A stretch of 63,166 nt of DNA, filler included, from Perkinsus chesapeaki ATCC PRA-425 (Eukaryota > Protista > Perkinsozoa), in assembly GCA_013115145.1 (NCBI GenBank). It is 5 parts of 5 records of this genome, joined end to end, with 100 filler letters (N's around TTAATTAATTAA, not from the genome) between each part and the next. Parts side by side here need not be neighbours in the genome. Positions count along the whole stretch, not along the records: positions 1 to 28,729 come from JAAPAO010000465.1; 4 more parts are not named here. One strand, written 5' to 3'. The position numbers were made by a program, and so were the translations under genes. Below are positions 13,698 through 27,723 of this stretch, one piece after another. The notes below the pieces were generated by a model. It worked only from the letters and a program-made list of their open reading frames with translations, did not search any database and had not been told where the DNA came from. Numbering within the stretch: the first letter of the stretch is position 1; every line of letters begins with the position of its first letter.

Positions 13698-16602
13698 ATG
13701 CCAAAAGGGGGCAATAGTTCATCGAAGGAGACCAACGGCAGCAGCAACAACAACAATGCATCGCAGCAGACCATGGGACATGGAGACCAGTCCTTGGTTG
13801 TCCATGTTGGGAGTTTAGAACTACTCTGTCAGAATCTGCCGAGGCCTAGACTTCTACCTAGTGCCGAACCTGGAAGTAAGAAAGAGGGTCTGTTGGGGGT
13901 CTGTATAGAACATGGACCATTATACAGCGACTTATTACCTTACTTTTATGTTACCTCTTTAACCTTCTATTAACACTACCTTACCTTTTACCTTCTATTA
14001 ACACTACCTTACATTTTACCTTCTACTAACACTACCTTACCTTTTACCTTCTATTAACACTACCTTACCTTTTACCTTCTATTAACACTACCTTACCTTT
14101 TACCTTCTATTAACACTACCTTACATTTTACCTTCTACTAACACTACCTTACCTTTTACCTTCTATTAACACTACCTTACCTTTTACCTTCTATTAACAC
14201 TACCTTACCTTTTACCTTCTATTAACACTACCTTACCTTTTACCTTCTATTAACACTACCTTACCTTTTACCTTCTATTAACACTACCTNNNNNNNNNNN
14301 NNNNNNNNNNNNNNNNNNNNNNNNNNNNNNNNNNNNNNNNNNNNNNNNNNNNNNNNNNNNNNNNNNNNNNNNNNNNNNNNNNNNNNNNACCTTACCTTTT
14401 ACCTTCTATTAACACTACCTTACCTTTTACCTTCTATTAACACTACCTTACCTTTTACCTTATATTAACACTACCTTACCTTTTACCTTATATTAACACT
14501 ACCTTACCGTTTACCCTTGTGAGGAATCCTTGTTTTACTGTTGGAGCTATGAACATGTTAAGCTGTATTATGTATATCAGTTCATCCCTTGGATCATCTC
14601 AGGTCTGGTTGATAGTGTGGCCTCGGCAGCTGCTCAATACTATATGACAGATGATAACATATACCTATCCTTCCAGCCATATACTGCTGCTGCCTCTGAC
14701 CCGAATACAGCCCAGGGCACAACTACTACCAATCAACCTGCTGTGGAGACTGTGGTGAAGACCCTTCCCAAAAATGTGAGACCCACGCCTCGGAAGTGTA
14801 CCGATATTTAACCATACAGATGAAAACGGTCGAGTTCAATTGTGATGTTGCGCTGTCATTGCCAGCCAGCCTCGGAGATGTCCGTCAGTAAGTCCGCTGC
14901 CATATGGACTTGCTATTCATTTCTCCACTTCTTCTTTTAAGGTTCAGAGTTTGCCTCTATCGCCGTGGAATTATCGATAACGAGCTTCTGGCTGATGCCT
15001 TAGTTGAGATACCCATTACCACTGAAGTGTCCGAGTCCAATGTGAGAAGCCTCGTGAGAGCGCATGGAAGACTCTTTCAGATCATTATGGTGTCGAGAAG
15101 CGACGGCACGCCTATGGTCCGCGTGACGCTGTCGATTCAGCTGGTGAGGGCCCACGCTTCCAGTACAGTGGAGTAGTCCCCGGTGTTAGGTCGTCACAGA
15201 GCGGCTTATAATGGTACATTTTGCGGAAGAGTTGAGGAAACTTGTGACTGCACAGACCCTCAGTTCGGGCAAAGATGACAATGGTAGCCCAGCGGAGCGT
15301 TCAAGGGATACAGTGGAGGCCATACAGAGGTGAGGCTTATAGGATACGTACGCATCTACTGCGCGAGCGAAGGGCGTCGAGAATGCAACAAGAAATATTA
15401 GACGTGTTGTCGCTTCGAGCCACCACCGTGAGCATCATTGTCTCAGATACGTGTATGCGTGCAGTGCCATCCGTCACTTATGGCATTTCGTATATGATAT
15501 CCTAACCTGGAAGTCAGGCTACACCAGGACCTGGCTATTCCTCATCGCTATAGTTTACAGTGAATATTTATGGTACCTCCACCACAGCTGCACAACATTA
15601 GTTTGGCCCTCTCAGGTTGGTCTTCTTACTCCTCTGCTGTCATATAGTTCTATCCGCGTCCAGTACATCCGAGTTCACTTCGCCAGATGAGGTCGATGCC
15701 AACCTTGCATTTGTCAAGCAGCAGGCTGATGGTCTATCGTATGAACTCCTTTCTGCCCAAGTCACCACGCCTCCGCACTAGGTACATCAGCGAACTCCTC
15801 GCCACCCGCGTATCCTATCGAGTGGGTATGTTGGTGTGCGCATGCGTGCTGTTTTTAACCCCAAGGCCCCACGTTACAGTCTGTGTTATCATCATCCTTT
15901 GCCGTACCTATTGGGCCCAGGCTCTTTACCAGACGATAAGATGCAGACGCGAGACCAAAAGGCGCAAAGGCTCTATGATGTCAGCGAAGCCTCGGTTCCC
16001 AGAGCCTCGATAGCCTGATTCTCGCAGGTTCACCTCAGCTGCGTCATCTCAGGATTGCGCGCCTGGCAATCGGGCCATCACAGTGGAGGTTTATGAGAAC
16101 CAGCGATGGTGGGTTGGCAAGTGGTCGGATAACCTACTGGCTGTCGAGCGTTACGCTTGGAGCGATGAAGCCGGTAGGAATGGTAACAAAATAACAGTAG
16201 ACTTCTTTTCGACCAGGGACGTCTCGGCGCACCAAAGAGGATGTCCATCTGCCTCCGCCTGTCGGTGATAATATATGGCAATGGTCTTCGCTTTGGCGAG
16301 TAGATGCCCGCCCTGAAACCCATGAGACTGATGCTGATGGTTGGACTTATGCCAGGGACTTCGGTTCAGGTAGGCCACACCATGTGCTTTGGCCTCGAGG
16401 GTGTCCACCCATTTCAGGCCAGTGGTCGGCCACTAGAGGCATGGGGGATTTCGTAAGGCGAAGGCGTTGGACCAGAACGGCCCGCTTGGTAGCTGTCAAC
16501 AGCACGCATAACTCTGAGGGAGACGGCAACGGCAATACGGCTGGGGATGAAGGCGTGAGACAGCGACCGCAGAAGAGTGTTGAGGCAGCACCATTGGAGT
16601 GA
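13698..16602 (+). CDS. Dysferlin (DysF)-domain protein, Pex23/Pex24-like, multi-exon
   Basis: C-terminal VEVYENQRWWVGKW...WQWSSLWRVD...DADGWTYARDF...DFVRRRRWTR is the DysF signature; a hydrophobic region lies upstream. Confidence 0.7.
13936..14516 (+). repeat. 28-bp minisatellite (TAACACTACCTTACCTTTTACCTTCTAT)n, intronic, spans an N gap
   Basis: Head-to-tail units with no spacers; a variant unit carries ACATTTT and TACTAAC. Confidence 0.95.
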
Positions 16603-16705
16603 TGCTTTTTACGACACATTTATCTGTTGTTTAAGTGTTGTGAACATGTAGAGTTGCGTTGCCAAGTCGCCAGAAGGTCTCCAAGCTGAAGTGCTCATCA
16701 TCACC

Positions 16706-17864
16706 ATGGCGCGCAGCAGAAGTCGTTCACGCGATAGGCGCCACAGCCACAGGCATCGAAGCAGGTCTCGAGACCGCCGGAGCCGATCTAGGGATCGGTC
16801 GAGACGAGACGACCGCAGAGGTCTGTAGCCCAATCGCTACGTTGTTATCTGACTTTGTTGTAGATTCCAGGAGGAGCTCGGACAGCGGCGATGTGGATGA
16901 GCTGCGTCGAAGGATAAGGCGGCTGGAGGAAGTGAACAAACAGCTGAGGAGTGAGAACCTCGAACTGATGCGTCAATTGGTGGCGATTAAGGAGAAAGGA
17001 GGTAAGAAGGCGCTCCATCAAGTATTGAACGATAATGACATCCCACAGGTCAGCAGGAGACAGCTACGCCCGAGAGAAGCTCATCACCTAGGGGAGGCCC
17101 ACAGCCAACAGAGGTGTGGTGTGGGGAACTGTAGGGTGCAGGTGGATACTTTCAGTCGAAAAAAGAGAACGAACCGAATGGGGACGAGCAAATGACAATG
17201 ACATTCAACTGCTGCCAACTTGTTAACTTCTCCGGGGAGGTTTTCAATCAGAAGATACCCAACAACGTGCCTATCGAGCATCGAGGCAAGTCTTTGGGGT
17301 TTCGCCACGATGAGGTAACCGCGTGCAGGACCAACAATCGAGAAGAAGCTCGCAGAATTCTGCCAGTTTTTCGCGAAGGACGCCATGGTGAGCTTGGTTG
17401 TTGAGCTGATGGTGAATACTGTGGTCTCAGGTGATAGATGCTAACACCAAAAAGCCGATTCTCGAGGACCTCAGGGATATCCGGACTCGTTACCAGACGG
17501 TTTTCAGGTTCTGCTGTTGTCGAGCTGTATGCATGGTACAGCATCACTTTCAGGGAGTCTGGCAGCGATCTCGAGATAAAGACACTTAGGCGATGGTACT
17601 TCGAGGCTGATAAAGAAGGTAGAGTGAAGATCTGGAAGGTTGTTTCGGCTCTACTATTGCTCGTCAGGTGACACCGAATACTGTATAGACTTCGAGCAGC
17701 ACCTGCACATTGTGTCGCCAAGGCCTGGCCTCCGGCTGGATGGGGCACTTGGCGTTGTTGGCCCGCGGGATGTCGTAGGGTCGTCCTGGGCAGAATTGGT
17801 ATGCTGGACGTCCTGTCTGGTTAGGACCTCATTACACTGTACAAGTCGTCACATGGAAAGATAG
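16706..17864 (+). CDS. Protein with an RS-rich N-terminus and a coiled coil, multi-exon
   Basis: MARSRSRSRDRRHSHRHRSRSRD... followed by VDELRRRIRRLEEVNKQLRSENLELMRQL; the C-terminal domain is not recognised. Confidence 0.45.
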
Positions 17865-18263
17865 ACTGCATGTGGCTTTTACCAGACAAGAATCGAATAG
17901 GACAAGATAAAGTAGCATCTTCAGAGCTCACGATCGTTACGCACTGTGAAGATTAAAGATACTCGGCCAAGCCGACTTGGAGGAATCACAAGCGTATGAA
18001 TCATTACTTGCGATCATCAAAGAGGATGCCAAGAAGCACAAATCGGCTGTGCCGACCAAGGTGGGATGCTCATCCGCATTTGGGAGAGCATATCCTATCA
18101 GGTGCATTACTACGACTACAACAAAGTGGAGACTATCGGCTAAGTTGTGTTACGTTATGACGGCTCCTGTCAAGTTGTTGAGTTTATAATAGTAAACGCA
18201 AGGCCATATAAATCACATCAAACAATTATACATCATCATCGACAGGAGCCACACATGCAATAG

Positions 18264-21176
18264 TTAGGATGGCCCCTCAACCAGGCCTTGCCGTTGACGC
18301 AGTCTCGACGGATGAACTTTGCGCGGCGGTCGGGAACGACCCTCGCCAAAAATAAGTTGTTGTATGGCATGATAAAGTCTGCTAGCAATCATCGAAGGGC
18401 TGCTCCAACCTTCTATCTCTATACCTTCCGACAATGAGGATCGCAACCCAAAGGATTCTTCGACGTGAGCAGCCGCATCCGCTACTTCCCATGGCACATT
18501 AGGATGCACTCCAATAGTCATGCCTAGGCTACTATTCTTACGATGACGCCGATGGAGTCCAACGGTTCCGCGTCGCTTGGAGCGTCGCGGACTGGATGTC
18601 GGTGAAGGCGCGTCTTTCATAGATGATCGATGTATAGTCGGAGGTGTGATGCCGATGAGGTCCATGAGCTTTGATATGCTACGAGTTCTTCCCGGTATAT
18701 ACTGCGCCATATTGACAGCAGTGTCCAAGGCAAGGGCGGTAGCGGCACCGAGGAGTCCTGCACGTTGCGCTTTGTTGACCAGAGCCCGCTGTTTGCTGAC
18801 ACCCCACTCTTCGAGCATCATATTACCGTGCTCTCGAATCGCCGTGTACGCTATGGATTGGAGGCGCTCGTACTCCCCCTTTGGTAGATTGCCCAGAGCT
18901 AGCTTCACACGCGAACCAACATCATGGAACATAAACACCTCAACGAGCTCCGCTCCGCCCTGAAGCTCCTCAGTCGGGACTTGTCCGTCCTTGAGGAAAT
19001 GTGCGACCCTCTCGCCAAGCCCAAGTGACTCTGACAGTAGTTTGTATGCCGTCCTTGATGAAGGTGGATGGTCACATAACTGTTGAAGGACGTCTTCTCG
19101 TTGCTTTGGAGTCCATGACGTTACAGCGCAGTCTAGCACTTTTAACAGCCCCGAGGCTTGGATCTGCGAGTTCGCCCTAAAGGCAAACACCACTCATAAC
19201 AAATGGCCTTAACGATTGCGATCTATCTTGCATTATTAAGGGCAGTTGGTGCTCTGGATATATTTCATTGATTTCATCATACTCCCACCATGGCGTTTTC
19301 TTGGCGCCGCAGGAACGTAATGTTTGCGCGATTTCCACGAGTATCTTCCCAACACCACCGGCATCGCAAGTCGCCTTGTCTCTCACCGTTGTCTAGCTTC
19401 CATGCTATCCTTCACAGACCGATTCATCTCGGCACTGGTCTCTCGTAGAAGACTGAGGACTTGATCGATGGACCAGGCCGTCAGCTCCGGTCCCGACATC
19501 AACAGTACCGCCTCTTCCAGCTGAGATGAAGCCGGCCGGGTTACTTCTGTCATTTCTCTACACCCATCTCGTATTAGCTCGACCAACTGCACCCGCTAAC
19601 TCGGTGACAAACTCAACACTATCATCGCTCGTATGACACCTCTTCAGAGTATCTCACAAAACTTAACCTTACGACAATCCTCGAGGACCTCCGCCGATTG
19701 CCAAAGCCTAGATATGTGATCGTAATAGTAGCCCACCTGATGGAAGACTTCATCTACACCGGCAAAAAGTAATCTAGATCAGAAGAGACGTCTCAATCGC
19801 CCCTGGCAAGCCCCTACAATAGAAGTGTCGATAGGAAAGGCGAGCATCCCGATCATACGGCATTCCAAGCCTTCCTTCCAGGACTCACCCCTCCAGCGTG
19901 CAGTTTCTGCCAGAAGCAGACGTACTCCTCGTTGAGCCCCTCCAACCTATTCAAGTGCTTCTTTGAATGAAGATGTTCCTTCCATTGTCCCCAACTCTGT
20001 GGCGTCGCATCACAGACCTGCGTGCATCAACTCGCGTAGAGAGTACAAGCCTGGCCGATTACTTCACACATTAGATACCCGTCGTTTAGCTGTTCATTTG
20101 GATAGTTGCATGGAGCGCTGTCGATGTCACCACTAATAACCCCAGCCACAGTAGCGACATCTTGACCATCCTCACGACGATAAAACTGTTTGCTGTAGGC
20201 AGCATCATAGTCGGGCTCGTCTGTCTGCTCGGCGGTGTCCGAGTTCTTCCTGATGAGCCACTAGATTCGAAGCTGCAAGGTGAGATGGTCTGTCACCATT
20301 TAACGGCCTTCACATGAGTTTTGCTCTCACAGTGCACTCTGGCCTCTCCGATGTCGTAGAACTGTTTGTCGCAAAGGGGACAGCTAATTGTGTTACCGCG
20401 GATCTGAAGAGACCAACAGACATGACATTGCCTTCGCGAGATACCTACTTGAAGGTAGTTAGTGTCCACGAATGCCCGGCCCTCCAGTGTCATCTGCCCG
20501 GTAGCCGTGTCCATCAAACGGCAGTTCCTACACACAAGTCTCGAGGTTATCGAGGCAGTGACGTTACTCTTCATCCCATTCGAGATTCTCCCGATGCTTC
20601 TTTGAGTCACAGTGTGCTTTGGCGCTATCGAGGTCGAAGAACTTCTTATTGCACAGCGAGCAAACCACCCAGTCATCCTCCATCTGTTTAAGCTGTCAGC
20701 TACAAGCCGGAGCCAAGTAGTAGTTACCTTCAGCCTCTGAGCCCTCATAAACTCATCGTCCCCAGCCAGCGGGTGAAGAGGACTCGGGTCACCTCTGAGA
20801 TGTATACTATAGAATGAGAAGTGCCTCCAACGTTACATGTGCCCAGCAGACGTGATGGGTTCGCAGCCGATGTTGGACTCGGAGGAGCTGGATTTGGTGG
20901 CCCATGCTAGGTTGCGCTTATGCTTGTCACTGGTGCAGTGGCTCTCTATTATCATATCGAAGCCATAGGCCTTCTTGTTGCAAAGTGTGCAGTGGAACTG
21001 GTTATCCTCACCCAGCTAACAGTGAAGACTGTCTCTGGACCGTGGAGTGCCTGCATGCTTACTTCAACCGCATTAAGCTGCATTAGCCGCTCCCCGTCCG
21101 GGTACTCTTTCACCGACCGCCGCTGCTCGGCTCTGAAGTGCATGGCAACGTTCCCTCTATGATGGCGACTGTGCAA
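18264..21176 (-). CDS. Multiple matrin/U1-type C2H2 zinc-finger protein (may be two genes)
   Basis: At least three fingers: CTLCNKK...ESHCTSDKH, CPLCDKQ...RVHCESKTH and VCDAT...KEHLHSKKH; boundaries approximate. Confidence 0.6.
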
Positions 21177-21599
21177 ATGCTCCGCCCAGTAGTCGGCTTC
21201 GACGATCGCTCCACAGTACTTACCTAAACAGGTTTCGGGGGGTGACGCAGTTGCAGTATGATTTGCTACAGTCTATTGTATCATCCGGCAGACACTCTAA
21301 CATCTCCGGAGCCTCCCCATTCGGGGTTTTGCCGATGTAGGGGCCCACGGATGACATCTGGCAACGCTAGGCGATAAATAAAGGTCGAGTTAACACAACA
21401 ACTGAGACCACCACATGAGACGAGTATCACCGCACCTTGGACGTTTGCTGAGGGACGGGGAGGCTGTGAATGAGGGAATGGATAGATGAACTGTGTAGAT
21501 GGTGACGAGCCGAGCCAAGGGGATAATTATGATGTTCAAAGATATTCTCATACATAGCAGCAGCAGCAGCAGTCTGCTGGTTCTAGTAGCACTGTGGGA

Positions 21600-22700
21600 C
21601 AGACACGCTCAGGCCTTGCAGGAGGACAGGTGAGATCCATGAGATCTGATGATGGTTAGAATGCTGCGAATGACCCTCAACGGGTGCCTCCTCAACTTCT
21701 GTACTCTTCTGATGGTGACTAAAGAAGGATTCTTAATCTGGGCCTCATTAAGGATGCTGTAGTAAGAGGGTGGGAGACTATCGCCCGAGAGGGCTAGACT
21801 TCAGCTCAGACCGTGGTCCTATCTCAGTAAGTTAATCCTGTTTCGAATGGTAATGGCCGACGAACTGCTTTCAGGGAGCGGGCTTCAACGCAAAAGCGAG
21901 AGACAAGAGAAACTCACTACACCACACAGTGGTACTACAGAAAGCCTCAATCTTGCTTTCCACTCGGATTGGTCACTCTGGTGTCCAATGCCTGTCGGGC
22001 CAGCCAGAGAAGTATGGCGGCTGAAGCCAGAGTGAATCCCATAACGATGTGAACCTACAGCCACCACAAACTGGTCCAGGTAGGAAGAAGAAAACAACAA
22101 CGCCTACTGGCAATAGAGTCTTCCTGACAATCACAACCCACTCCTCAGGGGTCCTGTTGGGGCAAGCTGAATGGACCGTCATAAGGGAGAGCCCCATAGT
22201 TCCACACCCTAAAATGATATTAGCTCTCAGAGAGGCCATCCACCGTACCAAGCAATATGAGGAGGACCATTGCAATAGCTTGGAGGCTCACACAGTGCAT
22301 CGGTGCCAGTTTGTTGTTAGCATTCAAGTAGTAGTCTTTGAGAATAATAACACCTGCTACTGCTGTAGGTATGAACACCTGATTCCACCACCGCCATCAT
22401 CATACCAAACCCCTTCCTTCCTCGAAGCCTACCCTGGCAGCTCCCATTGGCGTCTGGAGATTATCGAGTTGATGACAGTAATAGACCTTGCATTGCTCTC
22501 CATCCCCCTGGATGTCGAATGTCATATCAGCGATGAGCATTCCTATCATATATCTAACCCAAACACTGTCATTCCGGCCATCACCGCATCAGCAGCCTTA
22601 CATGAGTATCAGTATTGGTACCAGAGACACATAGGGCTTATTCTTGTCTGCTCCACTTTTCTTATCGGAAGGCATGATCAGGTACAATGCTACTACGACT
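21600..22700 (-). CDS. Hypothetical multi-pass membrane protein
   Basis: Several hydrophobic exons (VFIPTAVAGVIIL, AIAMVLLILL, LLPVGVVVFFFL, VHIVMGFTLASAAILLWLG); family not recognised. Confidence 0.35.
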
Positions 22701-22749
22701 AGGGCCGCCGCACCACTTTTTAAACTCAAATCACTGACGGTAAGCACAA

Positions 22750-25389
22750 CTCGGGTCGATGACAGTCATCATCATCACAGCATGACTTAAGGAGCCATAA
22801 GACTCAAAACAACAACAGTCTCGGTTGTGGAAGGACCTTCGAGTACGTAGAGGGTGTTCTCGACATAAACTTCGTCTGTTGCTGCTGCTGCTGTTGAGGT
22901 GCCGAAAGCGTGTATGGTCCCGGTGGTGAGTACACCCCAACAGAGGTACTACTAGCGTTGTATTGCGGTAGCATCGGTCGGGCTAATCCTGCTGCATTGA
23001 CGACCCTAGTGGGAGATGACGCGGCTCTCGAGGGCACTGGAGGGTTAACTTTCACTTGCACACCCTGCTGAGGCCCTCCTGGCATCCCGACTGTGTTCTG
23101 AGCTTGCTTAGTGTCCACTGCACTGGACACTCGCCGACTAGGCCTTCGATGGCCACTATGAGACACTCGCGATGCCCTCGAACTCTGTCCCGATGGTTGT
23201 GTCGCCGCGGATGCTAGATCCCGGAATGTGACCAGTCCTATCCTTTGAGTGTCCAGAAGGCGAAATAGCCTTCTGCCCTCCTTTGGTGTCATACCGACTT
23301 GCTCCACTATAGCAGCGAAATCTATCGGCTCGAAGCGTGTAAAAAGGTTGAAGGTGCCTTCCCCTTTACAAAGAGCTTCGATGCAGTCCTCCAAAGAGCC
23401 GTATCTGACAACAACGGCAAAGCATTCCGACACACTGTCCCGTCGTTCTAGGGTAAGCTACTTGGAGATGATCCTCGAGTAGGTCTCCTTGACAAGATTC
23501 TCCGATGTCACCATTGCTGGGCCACCGCCATCTTCACACTGCAGCAGCGACTGGCTCTGCTCTTTTCCTGGGGGAGGCGACCGTGGTGTCTGACAGAGCC
23601 AGGAAGATGAGACTGTCGAGCTGCCCGGGAACACTACCGGTGATGTTGCGGACCTTCGAGGTGACCTGTTGCCTTCTCGAGAGAGGCCCCATCCAGGACT
23701 CCCTGCACTCACGAACAGCTGAACAAGCAGTAAACACTTCACTTCCCTCAGGAGCCTACCCGAGAGCCTTTCACACGGGGAGAGCTCAGCCTGTGGGCTA
23801 GAGATGACCGAGGTGAGATCGACCGCTGAAGGCTATTACGAGGAGACACGAGGGCAGGTGTGCTGATTCGCCAAAGCCTGCCGATTACTGTAATACACAG
23901 GTCCGCACTACCTAGCCCTCTTCGCGCCCTCTCCAGCAACAACAGCCTGTGTAGCATCACGGTGCAGTGGCGGCAAGCCCGCTGAGGGGAGACTGGCGAA
24001 GCTCTGCGGATGGCAAACTCCAGGGACAGACTTCGGGACACTTCGGAGAGTACCTCCCGCACTTGCGGTGCTCCACGTATTTCCTGTCCCTTCGTTCCCC
24101 ATAGCCCGCCGCCTGCTGAATGTGAATATCCAGTACGCAGGAGTGTCTTACCAGTGATAGGAGGGACAGGTACTGTGTTACTCGGACCAGCTGCTGCGAA
24201 GGTCGAACCAACGACCGAAGAGGATTGTCTTGTTATTCCCGCTGTGCTCCTACGCTGCTTACGAGAACATATCTCTCTGAGTAACACGACCGTGAATTTA
24301 GCAAAGGGAGCTACCAAATGCTTTATAAACTACGGAACGGCGATGATCCCCCGGAAGTTCGTATTATGTACGAAGTTGCTGATAAGAGATGGTCTCGGGT
24401 CGTTCCTCCCGCCACGGTATAAACGAATTTTCATATTTCAATTGCGCGCCATTGAGCAAACTGAAGAAATTGATGAATACACTGAGCCGACTTTGCACTT
24501 TAACTACCACACGAGCCACCAAGCGAGACACCATATCGAGCCATGATCTATATACCCATGAGAGGATCATGACATCCGAGGCACTCCAGGAGGAGACACC
24601 AGCCCGCGAACTTTCAATACGACGGCCATGATATCTCAGCACCCTCATGATTTCATCAATTCGTTTCCGTCCTGACCGTACCCCTCGTAGCCTTATTACC
24701 CCAATGCCTCCTTCACTATCTGCTCGGCAACAGATAAAGCATCATCATCGTTATCGCCAATAACTCCTGGAAACGGTGAATCTGCCAATGTCCATCATCT
24801 CCACTACTCCACCAATATTACCGTAATTTTCACTCAGCGACACCACACCAGACACGCCTTTTCCCCCCGCCTGTGAGGTGGCGTTCTTAGGTTCCCACAT
24901 ATCGCCATCGGACGGCTTGCCAATCGGCGAGCCAGGCGGTACTGGAGTCGGAGGTGCCGCATCGGGGGCCGGGTGAACCCCCGAGATTCGCTTTAATTCA
25001 TAACAAAGCTGAGCAACCTGAAATATCATCGAAATTGAGGATAGACGAGAGAGATTCACATTACGGTTGAACGGAGCTCGTGGAGTTCCGAGGCGACCTG
25101 AGTATCCCTCGGAGGAGGAGCACTGGTGACTGACTTGGCATCCGGGACACTTGCACAAAGCCGGCTGACCTGTCAGAGCGATAATTATGGTGTGCTGTGA
25201 TGAGCTATATGGACTTACTTGGGCCTGCAAGGACCTCACTTGCCCCTCGAGCAGTCCGAGTCTGTCAGAACTAACAGGAGACGTGATGACTCTCGGCGAC
25301 GGCGAGGACTGCGGCAACAGGGGAAATGAGGGGAATATGGTGGTTGCCGAATATATACTGACACAGCCACGGTAGTAGGGATATGACAA
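22750..25389 (-). CDS. EF-hand-containing, Pro/Ser-rich protein, multi-exon (boundaries approximate)
   Basis: EGRRLFRLLDTQRIGLVTFRDL is an EF-hand-like loop; surrounding exons are low-complexity. Confidence 0.45.
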
Positions 25390-25586
25390 TAACGCAACAG
25401 GAGAAGTGGCGTGTGGTCCTAGTATGGCGAAACACTAGCAACACCTCGGTAGTACAATAACAACGAGATGACGACGACCAAGTGTGAGGACGGAGCTGGA
25501 GGTTTACTGGTGGAGGGCGAAGCCCGCCAGTAAAGGATTAAAGCCTATTTAAATAATAATGTAAATCCATGATATGAATGCTGCTG

Positions 25587-26519
25587 TTATGACCAAACTG
25601 CAAGTACAGCCATGAAGGCATAACCCAGAAGGAGCATAATACCCTAACAACATACCTCAACTGCAGTGGAGAGAGGACTTACCTTCCCCAAGGTCTGAGT
25701 AGTATGCTCCTCGAATGCCATTGGTAAAAACTCAATAGTACAGACGTAAATGAAGGTCCCAGCGGCAAGTCCGGAGAAAATAGCTGATACCAAATCTGGC
25801 AAAGGCAATATGGAAAATCTCCCCCGGTGGCCTATCTTACCCGCCGTAGCCTCGACCGTCTGGGAAATTATCATACCGAAAGCAATACCCAATGGCGTGG
25901 ATAAAGCGAAGGCCACCCATTGAGCCCATGTAGCCTGTTTGGTCATACTTGCGCTTGCAAGGGCAACCCCGAGAGCGTAAGCTGCCAATCCTTTATGAGC
26001 AATTGATGCTACAGAAATGGCTAGAGTAGATTTAACACCAACTGCACTGCCCAGAGATAAACCCTCGGCAAGAGAGTGAATGGTCAAGGCAACAAATACA
26101 AGAATAGCTGAAAAGATCCCCTTCGGGGATGACTCGGAGACGGCTGCCGCTGGCCCCTCAGATCGCACAGTGTCGCCGGCATTAACCTTTGATGCTTCTT
26201 CATCTACCTCCCCATCCTCGGATATGACTTTGGCAACCGAGTAAGTATGGATAAGTTTATCAAGTAAAAAAAGTAAGATAAATGCATTGCCAGCAAGACA
26301 CTGTCCCAGAGGGAAATCTAAGTATGCTTTTAGGGTAGTCGAGGCACCATCAAGCATATGATTGAATGCCACAGAAAGCATCACACCACTTGCTAAGGCA
26401 CAGCCACAACCGAACCAGAGTGACCCTCTACCAGCGACAGACGCCAGTAGCAAACCGACAAAGGCCACTACGACTTCGACAAGTATGACAACTATCTTTA
26501 TTATTAAATCTGGTGACAT
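25587..26519 (-). CDS. ZIP (SLC39) metal transporter A
   Basis: ASGVML...HML, ALTIHSLAEGLSLG, HKGLAAYALG, TPLGI and AAGTFIYV motifs; last exon GIMLLLGYAFMAVLAVWS*. Confidence 0.92.
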
Positions 26520-26704
26520 GTAACGAGAACAAAGGCCTAGTACATAGTCGAAATAACATTTAAAGATAACTCAATAACTCTATGAAGGGAATCAAACAGG
26601 ACGTATTCAAGATGTATCTATCGATCACAAGGTTCCTGGGGACACCACGGCAGTCGCGGATTAAATAACAAAGAAGGAAAGATGAGGTTGAACAATGTAG
26701 CAGA

Positions 26705-27723
26705 TTAATGATCATGGCCATCATCGAGCTCGCCATGATCATGTACATCAGACCATATTGGAAGAATAGCCATCAAGGTGAAGCCAATTATAAACATTAG
26801 AGCCTGAAAGAAGACATGATTCTACAACAGTGATGACGAAAGGACTCAAGCGGCGGCGGTGGTACTTTGATTAGAAATCTATCTCGGTTGGACTTGAAGG
26901 TTAGTGGCATGAACTCCATCGTGCTTACATATATGAAGGTACCAGCTGCAAGGGAATTGGCAATACCACCAAATATCCCTAAAATAGAGCATATATAACA
27001 TTATTAATAATAATACTACTTACCTGCACTATCTTCACCAAGACTACCAAGCCAACCAATAATAATACCGATAGGTGTACCAAGAGAGAATATGCCACCG
27101 TAAAGGATTAATCGATATGTAGCAACTTCAGCTTCAACTAGACTAGCACCAAGAGCAAAGGCTGCTAACCCTTTATGAATGAGTATAGCTATCAATGTTC
27201 CATATAGACCATCGACATCACTGGCAGCACCAGTAGCCATACCCTCCAATATAGCATGAATTGATAGAGCTAAAAATACAAAGACCGCAGAAGTCTCAGT
27301 GAGCGCGTCCGGATGGATATGATGATGATGGTTCTCCTGCAAAGACTCTTGCTCTTTAGGAACCTCAGCTTGGCTCTCGGCATCAAGCTCGGGACCATGT
27401 TCACATATAGCAGGTTGATGTTTATGCTCGAAATAAGAGTGAATCCCTTCTTCAAGTAAAGCAAGGAACCCGATAGACAATGCAGCTAAGAGGTAGGCAA
27501 ATGGGTAACCATTTAAATAATCACTTGACCAAGACTCTAACCCTTCTACACCTTCAGGTAGACTATGTGTTAGGCCAGTAGCTAGCAAAACACCACTGGC
27601 AATAGCACAACCGATTGTAAAGAACTTAGACTTCCTAAAGTAAAAGGATATCCAAATACCCAAGATAGCCGCTAATAGAGTAGTAAATATAGACACGAGC
27701 TTCCAGACGCCTATGGAGTCCAT
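26705..27723 (-). CDS. ZIP (SLC39) metal transporter B with His-rich loop and tail
   Basis: ALSIHAILEGMATG, HKGLAAFALG, HHHHIH loop, AAGTFIYVSTMEF; ends WSDVHDHGELDDGHDH*. Confidence 0.92.

Noticed and set aside
13936-14516. CRISPR-like array
   Set aside because: Units are head-to-tail with no unique spacers, no cas genes are present, and the context is eukaryotic.
22049-22702. 217-aa plus-strand ORF
   Set aside because: Overlaps hydrophobic minus-strand exons with proper splice sites; probably an antisense shadow.
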